Source: Peptococcia bacterium (lineage in GTDB: Bacteria; Bacillota; Peptococcia; DRI-13; DTU073). Taken from it: a stretch of 64,000 nucleotides of DNA. Within the stretch, counting starts at the first letter, position 1; each line of letters starts with the position of its first letter. The stretch lies in assembly GCA_050951585.1 (NCBI GenBank), contig JBMNJI010000005.1, positions 16,206 to 80,205 on the forward strand, in the 5' to 3' direction. Shown in pieces: positions 1 to 9,590 of this stretch. A model generated the notes under the pieces. The model saw nothing but the letters and a program-made list of their open reading frames with translations, ran no database searches and was not told the origin of the DNA. Position numbers and translations under genes: made by a program.

Positions 1-1
1 G

Positions 2-418
2 GACTACAAAACAAGACCGAATGTGGTGGGAGACATGGAAACCACGCTACCGGCAGAGGTCGCAGGCGAGGTTAGAAAACTTCTCTTCGATTATCATCAT
101 CAAGGGAATACAATCGAAGATATTATTGCCTTCCATTACCGGTTTGAAAGGATTCATCCTTTCCAGGATGGCAATGGACGGGTTGGTCGAATTATTATGT
201 TTAAGGAATGCTTAAAGAACGATATTTTGCCTTTCATTATTGATCATGAATATAAGTTGTTTTACTACCGCGGGTTGAAAGAATACACAACAGAAAGAGG
301 ATATCTTACAGATACCTGCTTATCGGCACAGGATCAATACAAAGGGCTGGTATCATATTTCTATCCGGACCTCACTTCATCCGGACCGGAAAAGAAACAA
401 TCAAAGAATCAGTTATAG
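2..418 (+). CDS. Fic/DOC family protein, C-terminal part (5' end lies outside the window)
   Basis: The frame is open from the window edge. It carries the canonical Fic active-site motif HPFQDGNGRVGR (HxFx[DE]GNGRxxR). Confidence 0.85.
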   Translation, partial: DYKTRPNVVGDMETTLPAEVAGEVRKLLFDYHHQGNTIEDIIAFHYRFERIHPFQDGNGRVGRIIMFKECLKNDILPFIIDHEYKLFYYRGLKEYTTERGYLTDTCLSAQDQYKGLVSYFYPDLTSSGPEKKQSKNQL

Positions 419-440
419 TAAAGTGAATGTTACATGATTT

Positions 441-476
441 AAAAAGCCGCTTCTGTTAATTACAGGGCGGCTTTTT
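441..476 (+). terminator. Rho-independent terminator after the Fic gene
   Basis: Stem AAAAGCCGC / GCGGCTTTT followed by a T-run. Confidence 0.7.
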
Positions 477-562
477 ACAGGTATGCCATTATTTGAAAAT
501 GTCAGAAATAAGTTCTATAATGTTATTATTGCGGCAGATTTAGGTATTATGGTAGTAAGAGG

Positions 563-745
563 GTGGAAATGTTGCAGACCATTGCTTTTTTAGATGTCGA
601 AATTGGGACAATTAGCGGTAAAATTTGCGATATCGGCAGTGTGAAAGAGGATGGCAGCTCATTTCACTCCAGTTCCGTTACCGATTTAATAAAATTTCTC
701 GAGGGGTCACAATATCTGTGCGGACATAACATTATTCAATCATGA
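563..745 (+). CDS. N-terminal DnaQ-like 3'-5' exonuclease segment, split from the 747..5417 ORF by a 1-nt frameshift
   Basis: FLDVE (Exo I DxE) and GHNI (Exo II) motifs are present. Removing one nt near 738-745 reads GHNIIQ-HDMKYL straight into the next ORF. The likely start is ATG 569, after AGAGGG. Confidence 0.6.
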   Translation: MEMLQTIAFLDVEIGTISGKICDIGSVKEDGSSFHSSSVTDLIKFLEGSQYLCGHNIIQS

Positions 746-746
746 C

Positions 747-3700
747 ATGAAGTATCTGCAACACTATTTTCGTGATGCCGGTTTTAATAATGTGGGGATA
801 ATTGATACCTTGTATCTGTCTCCGCTTCTTTTCCCGGCTAAGCCTTATCATGCTCTTCTCAAGGATGATAAGCTGCAATCTGATGACATCAATAATCCGT
901 TGAATGATTCCATCAAGGCGAAAGATCTTTTCTTTGATGAGGTTACGGCTTTTCAAAGGCTGGATAATTCATTAAAACGGATTTTTTATTTACTTTTAAA
1001 AGATCAAAACGAATTCTGCTCATTTTTTCAGTTTGTTGGCTTTCCGGAAGATGGTACAAAGATAAATTCTGAAGAGAGTATTGATCTTGAAAATGAAATT
1101 CGTGAAAAGTTTCATGCTCAAATATGCGAACGGGCAAACCTCGCCAAAATAATCGCGGAACGGCCGATGGAATTAGCTTATTGTTTGGCCCTAATCAATA
1201 TTCAAAGCCGGTATTCCATTACTCCTCCGTGGGTTTTAAAGAATTTTCCGGACGTGGAACAAGTGATGTTTTTACTGAGGCACAAGCCATGTTTAATGGG
1301 TTGTGCGTATTGCGATGAGGCTATGGACATTCATAAAGGATTGAAAAGGTTCTTTGGCTATGACTCCTTTCGGACATTTGGGGGGGAACATCTACAGGAA
1401 AAAGCTGTTAATGCGGCAATCATGAATAAATCTATTTTGGTTATCTTTCCGACAGGGGGCGGGAAGTCCATTACTTTTCAGTTACCTGCCCTAATGAGCG
1501 GGGAAAGCGTCAAGGGTTTGACTGTTGTAATATCTCCGTTGCAATCATTGATGAAAGACCAGGTTGATAATCTGGAAAAGATCGGCATCACAGAGGCAGT
1601 AACGATTAATGGATTGCTGGATCCGATTGAAAGGGCGAAATCCTTTGAAAGAGTGGAAAACGGCTCGGCCTCGCTCCTTTATATCTCGCCGGAGTCGTTG
1701 CGTTCAAGAACTATTGAAAAGTTGCTCTTAGGAAGAAATATTGTCCGTTTCGTCATTGACGAAGCACACTGCTTTTCGTCCTGGGGCCAGGATTTTCGGG
1801 TGGACTACTTATTTATTGGTGATTTTATTAAAGCTCTGCAGGAAAAGAAGAATCTGAAGGAGGCAATTCCTGTTTCGTGTTTTACTGCTACGGCCAAGCA
1901 AAAGGTCATTGAAGATATTCGGGCCTATTTTAAAGAAAAACTCGGTCTTGAATTACAAGTTTTCAGCACAAATGTCTCCAGAACCAATCTTCACTACAAA
2001 GTATTCCAAAGGGGTAGCGAAGAAGAAAAGTATAACTTAGTGCGAGATTTGCTGGAAGAAAAGAATTGTCCAACGATTATCTATGTGCAGCGAACCCAAA
2101 AAGCATATGATTTAGCCCAAAGATTATCTGAGGACGGGTATCAGGCAAAACCGTATCATGGCAAGATGGATAAGCAGGAAAAGGCCGAAAATCAGGATGC
2201 CTTTATGCGGGGTGAGGTTCAGATTATAGTAGCCACATCTGCCTTCGGTATGGGGGTAGACAAAAAAGATGTGGGGCTAGTTATTCACTATGAAATTTCC
2301 GACTCCTTGGAAAACTACGTTCAGGAAGCGGGGCGGGCAGGACGGGATGAAAGTATTTCGGCGGATTGCTATGTCTTGTATGACGAAGAAGACCTAAACA
2401 AGCATTTTATCCTTCTAAACCAGACAAAACTGAGCATTCGCGAAATCCAGCAGGTTTGGAAAGCGATAAAGCATATCACCAAATTTCGTTCCCAGGTATC
2501 ACAATCTGCTTTAGAGATTGCACGCAAGGCTGGTTGGGAAGATACAGTTTACGATTTGGAAACAAGGGTGAAAACCGCGATTCTGGCTTTAGAGCAATCC
2601 GGGTATGTGAAGCGCGGCTATAATATGCCAAGGTTATATGCAGACAGCATTCTAACGAGAAATGCCATGGAAGCCATCGATAGAATTAATGCTTCAGATC
2701 AATTTGATGATGAGAAGCAGAAAACCAATGCGATTCGGATTATAAAAAAGCTTATCTCCAGCAGAAGCCGGAAAGCTTTATATGATGAAGAAGCTGAATC
2801 AAGGATTGATTACATTTCCGATCATTTAGCAATCCCCAAAAATGAAGTAATAAGAATTGTGAATCTTCTCCGCGAAGAAAGGATTCTAGGTGATGCCAAG
2901 GATTTAAGCGCGTATACTCCAAAAGGGCAAAACTTTCTGTATGCTCTAAACATCCTTAAGGAATATGTGCTGATCGAAAAATTTTTGCTTTCGGTGTTAG
3001 AGGACGAGGAAAAAACATTTCATCTCAAGGAATTGAATGAGCAGGCAGGGGAATATGGGTGCGAAGGGGTAACCATCCATAAGCTCAACACTATTTTTAA
3101 CTTCTGGGCAATCAAAAAATGGGTCAAACGCCGCAGATTAGATTATTTGAAAGACCATATTGTAGTTCTTTGTCTGCAGAAAAAGGATGCTCTCAAAGCA
3201 AAGCTCGAACAGCGTTATGAGATAGCAAAGTTTATTTTAGAGTATTTTTCTGAGACTAGTGTTGCAAATACTGAGTATAATATTGCCCCTATAGTTAAAG
3301 ACGTTGTTGAGTTTTCAGTTTTAGAATTAAAACGGCAGTTTGAAAATAGGATGGAGCTTTTTAAGAAAAAAGTGACTATTGAAGATATTGAGGATGCACT
3401 GTTTTATCTGACGCGGATTGGAGCGGTAAATATTGAGGGCGGTTTTTTGGTTATATATAATCCGATGAGTATTGAACGAATTGAGCTTGACAACAAAAAA
3501 CGGTATAAGGTGGAGGATTATCAGATACTCGAAGAGTTTTACGAAAACAAGATCCAGCAAATCCATATTGTGGGCGAATACGCCACAAAGATGCTTAGCG
3601 ATTATAAAGACGCTTTGCAATTTGTTGATGATTATTTTCATTTAAACTATAATTCTTTTCTTAATAAATATTTTCCGGGCAGTCGGCAAAATGAGATCAG

Positions 3701-5417
3701 GCGAAATATTACCCCTGCCAAGTTCAGACAGCTTTTCGGCGAATTATCACCGTCTCAATTAAAAATAATCAATGATAAGGAGGCAAAAAATATCGTGGTG
3801 ACCGCCGGACCCGGAAGCGGGAAGACCCGCATTCTGGTCCATAAGCTGGCTTCCTTGATCTTGCTCGAGGATGTTAAGTATGAGCAATTGTTGATGGTGA
3901 CCTTCTCCAGAGCGGCCGCTACTGAATTTAAGGAACGGTTAATGAAGCTAATCGGGAATGCCGCGCATTTCCTCGAGATAAAAACATTCCATTCTTATTG
4001 TTTTGATCTATTAGGCAAAGTAGGAACAATCGAAAAATCGGATGAGATAATTCGGGAAGCTGTTCAGAAAATAATTGTTGGAGAAGTCGAAGCGAGTAAG
4101 ATTACGAAAACGGTTTTAGTAATTGATGAAGCACAGGATATGGATGCTGATGAGTATGCTTTCATTAAGGCGTTGATGGAACAGAATGAGGAGATGCGTG
4201 TCATTGCGGTCGGGGATGATGACCAGAATATTTATGCCTTCAGAGGATCCAGCTCAGAATACTTGGAGAAGCTAATCACTGAAGAGCATGCCGTAAAGTA
4301 TGAATTGGTGGAAAACTGGCGCAGTAAAAGAAACATTGTGGATTTTGCCAATCAGTTTGTGACAAGAATTACCCATCGACTGAAAGATACTCCTAATGTG
4401 GCGATGCAGAATGACAATGGAAAAATCAAAGTAGTGTGCTATAAGAGTGCTAATTTGATTACGCCTTTAGTAGATGATCTTCTGGCCGAAGGACTTACAG
4501 GAAGCACGTGTGTTATGACCAAGACCAATGAAGAGGCCTTACAGATCACTAGCCTGCTTAGGGAAAAGGGCGTGCCGGCGAAACTGATTCAATCCAATGA
4601 AGGCTTTAATTTATACAACCTATTAGAAGTTCGGTTTTTACTAAGTCAGCTTAATTTGGGTGAGAAAAGCTATACGATTAGCGATGAAGACTGGGCTAAT
4701 GTGAAGCGGAGATTAACCGAGAGGTTTGGGACAGGCTTCAATGTTGAGCTTTGCCTAAACATGATAAAAGCTTTTGAGGTAACGAATCCCAAAACAAAGT
4801 ACAAATCCGATTTGGAGATCTTTATTCGTGAATCACGGCTGGAGGATTTTTGCGGTAACAGTAATGAGATTATCTATGTTTCTACTATTCATAAGGCGAA
4901 AGGCAGGGAGTATGATAATGTCTTTCTGATGCTTGATGGCTTTTATCCTGAAACGGATGATGAAAAAAGGCAGTTATATGTTGCTCTGACCAGGGCAAAA
5001 AGCAACCTGACGATTCATTATAATGGGAACTATTTTGATACTATCAAAACGGAAGATATGTGCATTGTTCATGATTCTGCAGAGTATTTACCTCCTAACC
5101 AATTAGTCATGCAACTCACTTTTAGGGATGTTTGGCTCGATTATTTCTTCTCCTGTCAGCATTTGATTGCGCGGCTAAAAAGTGGAGATAAGCTTACAAT
5201 TAATGAAGAGGGGGATGGGTGTCTTAATTCGGCAGGGCAAACAGTAATCAAATTTTCCAAGCAATTCGTAAATAGAATTGGAGCCATGAAAATCAATCAC
5301 TATGAGCCACAAACAGCCCGGGTCAGGTTTATTGTTTATTGGCAGAAAGAAGAATGCGAACATGAAATTATGATTGTCTTGCCTGAGTTGTATTTTACAA
5401 GAGTGCAAAATGAATAG
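747..5417 (+). CDS. RecQ-like SF2 helicase fused to a UvrD/PcrA-like SF1 helicase (continues the exonuclease segment)
   Basis: RecQ motifs: FPTGGGKS, VIDEAHCFSSWGQDFR, FTATA, ATSAFGMGVDKKDV, QEAGRAGRD. UvrD motifs: AGPGSGKT, VIDEAQDMD, VGDDDQNIYAFRG, NWRS, STIHKAKGREYDNVF, LYVALTRAK. Confidence 0.85.
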   Translation: MKYLQHYFRDAGFNNVGIIDTLYLSPLLFPAKPYHALLKDDKLQSDDINNPLNDSIKAKDLFFDEVTAFQRLDNSLKRIFYLLLKDQNEFCSFFQFVGFPEDGTKINSEESIDLENEIREKFHAQICERANLAKIIAERPMELAYCLALINIQSRYSITPPWVLKNFPDVEQVMFLLRHKPCLMGCAYCDEAMDIHKGLKRFFGYDSFRTFGGEHLQEKAVNAAIMNKSILVIFPTGGGKSITFQLPALMSGESVKGLTVVISPLQSLMKDQVDNLEKIGITEAVTINGLLDPIERAKSFERVENGSASLLYISPESLRSRTIEKLLLGRNIVRFVIDEAHCFSSWGQDFRVDYLFIGDFIKALQEKKNLKEAIPVSCFTATAKQKVIEDIRAYFKEKLGLELQVFSTNVSRTNLHYKVFQRGSEEEKYNLVRDLLEEKNCPTIIYVQRTQKAYDLAQRLSEDGYQAKPYHGKMDKQEKAENQDAFMRGEVQIIVATSAFGMGVDKKDVGLVIHYEISDSLENYVQEAGRAGRDESISADCYVLYDEEDLNKHFILLNQTKLSIREIQQVWKAIKHITKFRSQVSQSALEIARKAGWEDTVYDLETRVKTAILALEQSGYVKRGYNMPRLYADSILTRNAMEAIDRINASDQFDDEKQKTNAIRIIKKLISSRSRKALYDEEAESRIDYISDHLAIPKNEVIRIVNLLREERILGDAKDLSAYTPKGQNFLYALNILKEYVLIEKFLLSVLEDEEKTFHLKELNEQAGEYGCEGVTIHKLNTIFNFWAIKKWVKRRRLDYLKDHIVVLCLQKKDALKAKLEQRYEIAKFILEYFSETSVANTEYNIAPIVKDVVEFSVLELKRQFENRMELFKKKVTIEDIEDALFYLTRIGAVNIEGGFLVIYNPMSIERIELDNKKRYKVEDYQILEEFYENKIQQIHIVGEYATKMLSDYKDALQFVDDYFHLNYNSFLNKYFPGSRQNEIRRNITPAKFRQLFGELSPSQLKIINDKEAKNIVVTAGPGSGKTRILVHKLASLILLEDVKYEQLLMVTFSRAAATEFKERLMKLIGNAAHFLEIKTFHSYCFDLLGKVGTIEKSDEIIREAVQKIIVGEVEASKITKTVLVIDEAQDMDADEYAFIKALMEQNEEMRVIAVGDDDQNIYAFRGSSSEYLEKLITEEHAVKYELVENWRSKRNIVDFANQFVTRITHRLKDTPNVAMQNDNGKIKVVCYKSANLITPLVDDLLAEGLTGSTCVMTKTNEEALQITSLLREKGVPAKLIQSNEGFNLYNLLEVRFLLSQLNLGEKSYTISDEDWANVKRRLTERFGTGFNVELCLNMIKAFEVTNPKTKYKSDLEIFIRESRLEDFCGNSNEIIYVSTIHKAKGREYDNVFLMLDGFYPETDDEKRQLYVALTRAKSNLTIHYNGNYFDTIKTEDMCIVHDSAEYLPPNQLVMQLTFRDVWLDYFFSCQHLIARLKSGDKLTINEEGDGCLNSAGQTVIKFSKQFVNRIGAMKINHYEPQTARVRFIVYWQKEECEHEIMIVLPELYFTRVQNE

Positions 5418-5451
5418 GGTGGACATTACTCATGTTGAGGAGGTAAGCTTG

Positions 5452-6573
5452 ATGAGGTCAAAAGTATTAATAGTTGTATTGTTCTTAGCCATGCTTTTTT
5501 CTCTGACCAGTTGTCGAAGGGAAGCGGGGAAATTACCGGATCAACCGGCCCCGGGCCAATCCCAGCTTAAACAGAATCTTGAACAGAATCCTGTCCGGAC
5601 GGTGGGCGAAATCACGGATCCCGTTATATTGCAGGAGCTTTGGGAGGAGTATTTTTATCCGACTATTGCGAATGTGGGCAATACCCGGGAATTTAATTCC
5701 GCGGCGGAAATAGATCCCCTGCAGATTGCCCAGTTTGCCTGGCACAAGTATGATACGGAGTTTGGTCGGGACAGCCTCGAGCAGGAGGAAGGCCGGTTCT
5801 CACGGGTTTTCCCCTTGGAGACCGTTCTAAAGTATGCCAAACGCTATTTTGATCTGGACAGCCTGGATCTTTCCCGTATTGACGAGCGCACAGGACAGTA
5901 TGACCCCCAAAGGCAAGCTTTTCTCTTTAACCTGGGCAGTGAAAATGAAACCATTCCCCCTTATAATTCAGGCCAGGCTTGGTCGCTGAAACTGACTAAA
6001 GTCACCAGAAATAATGATGGTACCCTTACGGCGGTACTGACCCATTATGATTATCAGCCCAGTGACCGGGTGGAATATACGAAGACATATACTTTAAAGG
6101 AACGGGAGGACGGCAGTCTCTATTTTCTTAGTGGAAAATGGGAATTCGTCAATAATCATCTGGTCAGCTTGACCGGGAATTATCAGCGCTTTGAGAAAAT
6201 TACCGGTCTTGATATTGACCCGCAGGAAATGTGGCTGCTGCAAGAGCTGAGAATGCTGGGAGAATTCAACGGGAATGTTATGCTTGCTCAGACGCCTTAT
6301 TATGGAGGGACAAAAGGCGCGCTGCTCTTAGTCAATCCCGATAAGATGGAAGTGGTCAAGAAGTTGACTTTGCCGGAAAAAATCTCTCTTTCCGATGTAC
6401 GGTTGTTGACCGATAAGGTTTATGTCTACTTAAAAGACCGCTTCCTGATCGTGAACCCGGATTTGTCCATCACCGGGGAAATCGCTCTTCCTCCGGCGTT
6501 GGCCGGCATAATAGCGCGCGAGGAGAAAGTTGATGCTAAACGGTATTCCGGATATCTTTTTCGGAGGTTATGA
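5452..6573 (+). CDS. Putative lipoprotein
   Basis: GAGGAGG RBS at 5436-5442, then ATG 5452. Signal peptide MRSKVLIVVLFLAMLFSLTSC ends in a lipobox Cys. Confidence 0.65.
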   Translation: MRSKVLIVVLFLAMLFSLTSCRREAGKLPDQPAPGQSQLKQNLEQNPVRTVGEITDPVILQELWEEYFYPTIANVGNTREFNSAAEIDPLQIAQFAWHKYDTEFGRDSLEQEEGRFSRVFPLETVLKYAKRYFDLDSLDLSRIDERTGQYDPQRQAFLFNLGSENETIPPYNSGQAWSLKLTKVTRNNDGTLTAVLTHYDYQPSDRVEYTKTYTLKEREDGSLYFLSGKWEFVNNHLVSLTGNYQRFEKITGLDIDPQEMWLLQELRMLGEFNGNVMLAQTPYYGGTKGALLLVNPDKMEVVKKLTLPEKISLSDVRLLTDKVYVYLKDRFLIVNPDLSITGEIALPPALAGIIAREEKVDAKRYSGYLFRRL

Positions 6574-7235
6574 TGTCTCGGCGGATGGGCAGCAAATCGT
6601 CTATTCCGATGAAACGGGCTTGAAGCTTTTGCATCTTCCTGATGGCAACGAAACGCTGCTGGCGGAGTCAGTACCGCTTGAAGAGCAAGTTGATCAAGGC
6701 TTCTTACCATCGTTCTCCCAGATTTGTCGCCGATGGGCAAAAGGTTATTACCACAATGACAGCGTATGAAGGGACAATGGGCTATACCCTGTGTGATTTA
6801 CAGACGGGTGAGGTTAAAAAATATGAGATCAGTTCGGAAGCGTCCGACACTGGCACAATCTGTTATGATAACGGCATTCTGGAGGTAAATTCATATCAGC
6901 GGGATGGAAGCGTTAAAACATTTTACCTGGATTTCAGGACGGGGGAGCTGACGGAAATACCTATTACCGAAACCGGGGATACGGGGTATATCAGGGAATT
7001 GGCCTTTGTGGGGAAAAATTATGCGGCTTATCTTACTACACGGCAGGATAATAACAACAACGATAACAATATGGCATATCTAAACCGGATCAAGCTGGAT
7101 AATTTCCGGCTGGAGGAACAATTAGTCTCGGTTAAAGCGGCGGAGACCACTCTTTTGGGTGTTTTGGCCGACGGACGGATCCTCTTCTGGTATAGTCTGA
7201 ATCCTTCCGAAAGCGGGATCTGCATCACCCGCTAG
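6533..7235 (+). CDS. Hypothetical protein with TolB/beta-propeller-like repeats, one frameshift near 6705-6715
   Basis: GAGGAG RBS 8 nt before ATG 6533. ORFs 6530..6769 and 6642..7235 join as ...QGFLPS/FSPRFVADGQKVITT. Repeated DG.Q/K.V motifs. It could instead be a frameshifted continuation of 5452..6573. Confidence 0.45.
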
Positions 7236-7377
7236 GAAGAGCTTATTTTTCAAAAAGCTTTCTTCAAAAACAGTCAGGTGTTAGCCGGCAGGGGCAGGTG
7301 GGATTAGGGGCTAGTGCCAGGGAGAATTTCGGGTACAGGGGGGATAGATTATTTTTAATGAACAGGAAATAAGAAGA

Positions 7378-8994
7378 TTGAAAATATTGATTTGCATCTT
7401 GGTTTTGCTTGTGTTGATGCGGTTTTCGGTAGGTTTTCTTGAAGCAAAAGTATACGAAGTTACCGATGAAAGTCAATTTTTGCATGCAGTGAGGTCCGCA
7501 GATGGGGACACCATTAAACTGCTGAATGATCTTCAGGTAAATAACAAGACGGTAAATGTTAAGAATGATGATATAACAATTGATCTTAATGGTCATATAC
7601 TGCATCTTGTCAATAATGAAGATACTGCCTTATTGGTTGACCATGGTTCTGTGAAGCTGACCGGTGAGGGGGAGTTAAATGTAAGCGGTGTTGGCCCTGC
7701 TGTAATTGTGAAGAATAAAGGCAGGGCGGAAGTGACAAATGTGACGGCAACTACTCAGGGTCTTTTTGGTGTGGGTGTTTTTGGTGCGGGTAGTTCCCTT
7801 GAAGTAAACGGCAGTGTTCAGGTGGATGTGACCGGCGAACATGGTTATGGCGTGGGGGCAGATTCTGGAGGATACGCCCTTGTCAAAGGCGATATTAAAG
7901 TAAAAGTAACCGGGAAAGCATGTGCTGCACTTGCCTCCGGTTTTGCCAGTTCGGTGGAAGTGCTCGGGAACATTGAAGTAAACGGTGAGTACGGGATGGG
8001 TGCGCTGGCCAATAGTGGCGCCCGCTGTGTAGTCAAAGGTGAGACGAGGATTAATGGTGGGTTTGGTACCGCTGCATATGCCGAAGGAGAAGGCAGTACC
8101 GTCGAAGTATGGCGTGATGTCATAGTAAGCGAAGGCGGTGTTGGGGCAAGTGCATTTGAAGGGGGACAAGTATTTGTTCATGGCAATGCGCTGGCCTTTG
8201 GCGACTTCAGTACCAGTGTCTATATTAGGGCAGAAGAAGGTTCGCAGAATCCCGGCTCAGTAATTATTGGCGGTAATGCTCAGTCAAGCGGCAGGACATG
8301 CTCAGGCGTGGTGGTGGAGAATTGCGGAAAGGTTATTATCAAAGGTGATGTGCTGACCGAAGGCCGTTTTATTGAACCATGGAAAACGGCACAAGGAATT
8401 ACGCGCGGAGGAAGGTACGCTGGTACCGGTACTTGTCTGCGTGCTGACAGACCAGAAGAAATAGTTGAAGAGTGTTCTATTACTGTTTTGGGTAATGTGG
8501 TGGGCAAAGAAAGTACTGGCGTAAGCACCCTTGGGGGAGATGTTACGGTGTACGGCGATGTCACCACTTCGGAAGGTTATTCTGCGGGCAGTGCCTCTTT
8601 TGGCGGGACGTTAGAAATATACGGCAATGTTACAACAACCGGGGATGATGCTGAAGCAGTAAGCGTCGGACTCGATGGGACTGTTAAGGTGACAGGTGAG
8701 GTCAAGGTAGTGGGAAGCAATTCTTATGCGGTGCATTGTTCGCAAGGAACCGCGACGATTCTCGGCGCTGTCACCGCAATAGGAGAAAATAGTGTTGGGG
8801 CATATGCCAGCATGGGCGGAACGCTTACCATAGACGGGAAGATCACCGCACCAAAGAAGCTCCAGATAAACAATTCGATAATGAGGGCGGAGGATGGGAT
8901 TGCCGGAGGGGGCGCTTCTCAAGATTATTTGATGTACATTAGGTTTGATACAATTGTCGATAAAAACACGACTATCCGGGTGAAAAATAGATAA
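7378..8994 (+). CDS. Secreted beta-solenoid-like repeat protein (paralog of 19907..22192, lacking SLH domains)
   Basis: N-terminal signal peptide. A ~23-25 aa periodic G-x-x-V-x-V-x-G-[DN]-[VI]-x-V repeat runs through the protein. The N-terminal ~110 aa align with the 19907 protein (DGDTI.LL.D, I.LNGH.L, LTGEGELNVSG, GRAEVTNVTATT). Confidence 0.7.
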   Translation: MKILICILVLLVLMRFSVGFLEAKVYEVTDESQFLHAVRSADGDTIKLLNDLQVNNKTVNVKNDDITIDLNGHILHLVNNEDTALLVDHGSVKLTGEGELNVSGVGPAVIVKNKGRAEVTNVTATTQGLFGVGVFGAGSSLEVNGSVQVDVTGEHGYGVGADSGGYALVKGDIKVKVTGKACAALASGFASSVEVLGNIEVNGEYGMGALANSGARCVVKGETRINGGFGTAAYAEGEGSTVEVWRDVIVSEGGVGASAFEGGQVFVHGNALAFGDFSTSVYIRAEEGSQNPGSVIIGGNAQSSGRTCSGVVVENCGKVIIKGDVLTEGRFIEPWKTAQGITRGGRYAGTGTCLRADRPEEIVEECSITVLGNVVGKESTGVSTLGGDVTVYGDVTTSEGYSAGSASFGGTLEIYGNVTTTGDDAEAVSVGLDGTVKVTGEVKVVGSNSYAVHCSQGTATILGAVTAIGENSVGAYASMGGTLTIDGKITAPKKLQINNSIMRAEDGIAGGGASQDYLMYIRFDTIVDKNTTIRVKNR

Positions 8995-9058
8995 TCGTTC
9001 TACTACATATTTGTCAAAAAATTGCGGCGGATTTGTAGAAAATTCTCCTGAATTCCCC

Positions 9059-9087
9059 TTGACAGATTGTAAAAAAGCAGCTATATT
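9059..9087 (+). promoter_or_regulatory. SigmaA-type promoter for the T-box leader
   Basis: TTGACA (9059-9064), a 17-nt spacer, then TATATT (9082-9087). Confidence 0.5.
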
Positions 9088-9121
9088 TAATATCACTTAG
9101 TTTTTTAAAGTGAATATTAAA

Positions 9122-9390
9122 CAGTTATGCGGAAGAAAAGTAGGTCAGTGGAATTTTACAGGGAGTGGGCGTCGTGACTGCAAGCGCTCATAGAAGGAAG
9201 CCGATTGAAGTTCTCTTCCAAACTGCCAGGGTGAATGAAGTAGTCCTGGCCGGAGACTTCCCCGTTACAAGGAAGAGGGTATCGGAGTGATCCCGTACCT
9301 TACAGCTGGAGTGGGCAGTATTTCTGCCAACTAGGGTGGTACCGCGAAAGTAAGTTTTTCGTCCCTACAGGATGAAAAACTTTTTTTATT
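9122..9390 (+). promoter_or_regulatory. T-box leader 1 with terminator
   Basis: Stem I base CAGTT/AACTG and GGAAGA/TCTTCC, with AGTA and AGGGAG elements. Stem II-like CCAGG..CCTGG and stem III GGCAG..CTGCC. Conserved T-box GGGTGGTACCGCG at 9334-9346. Terminator AGTTTTTC..GAAAAACT plus a T-run. Confidence 0.8.
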
Positions 9391-9555
9391 TGCTACATAC
9401 CGGTGTATTTTACTAACCGGCACCCGGTCAAACAGGTGAAAGGCGGATACTCCTGTACCTATAGAGAGGGCAGCTAGCGCTGTCAATAAGGGTGGTACCG
9501 CGGAAAGCCACAGTTTTCGTCCCTGAGGATGAGAACTGTGGCTTTTTCTATTTAA
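9391..9555 (+). promoter_or_regulatory. Second, shorter T-box-like leader with its own terminator
   Basis: GGGTGGTACCGCGG at 9490-9503. Terminator GCCACAGTT..AACTGTGGC plus a T-run. It has stem II-like ACAGG..CCTGT and stem III GGCAG..CTGTC, but only a short hairpin (CCGGT..ACCGG) where stem I should be. Confidence 0.6.
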
Positions 9556-9590
9556 TTATTAAATTTATTAAACAAAGGGAGGAGATTTTA

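Noticed and set aside
730-750. Programmed ribosomal frameshift joining the exonuclease segment to the helicase ORF.
   Set aside because: There is no slippery heptamer or downstream structure at the junction (..attattcaatcatgacatg..). Given the many other indels in the window, an error or mutation is more likely.
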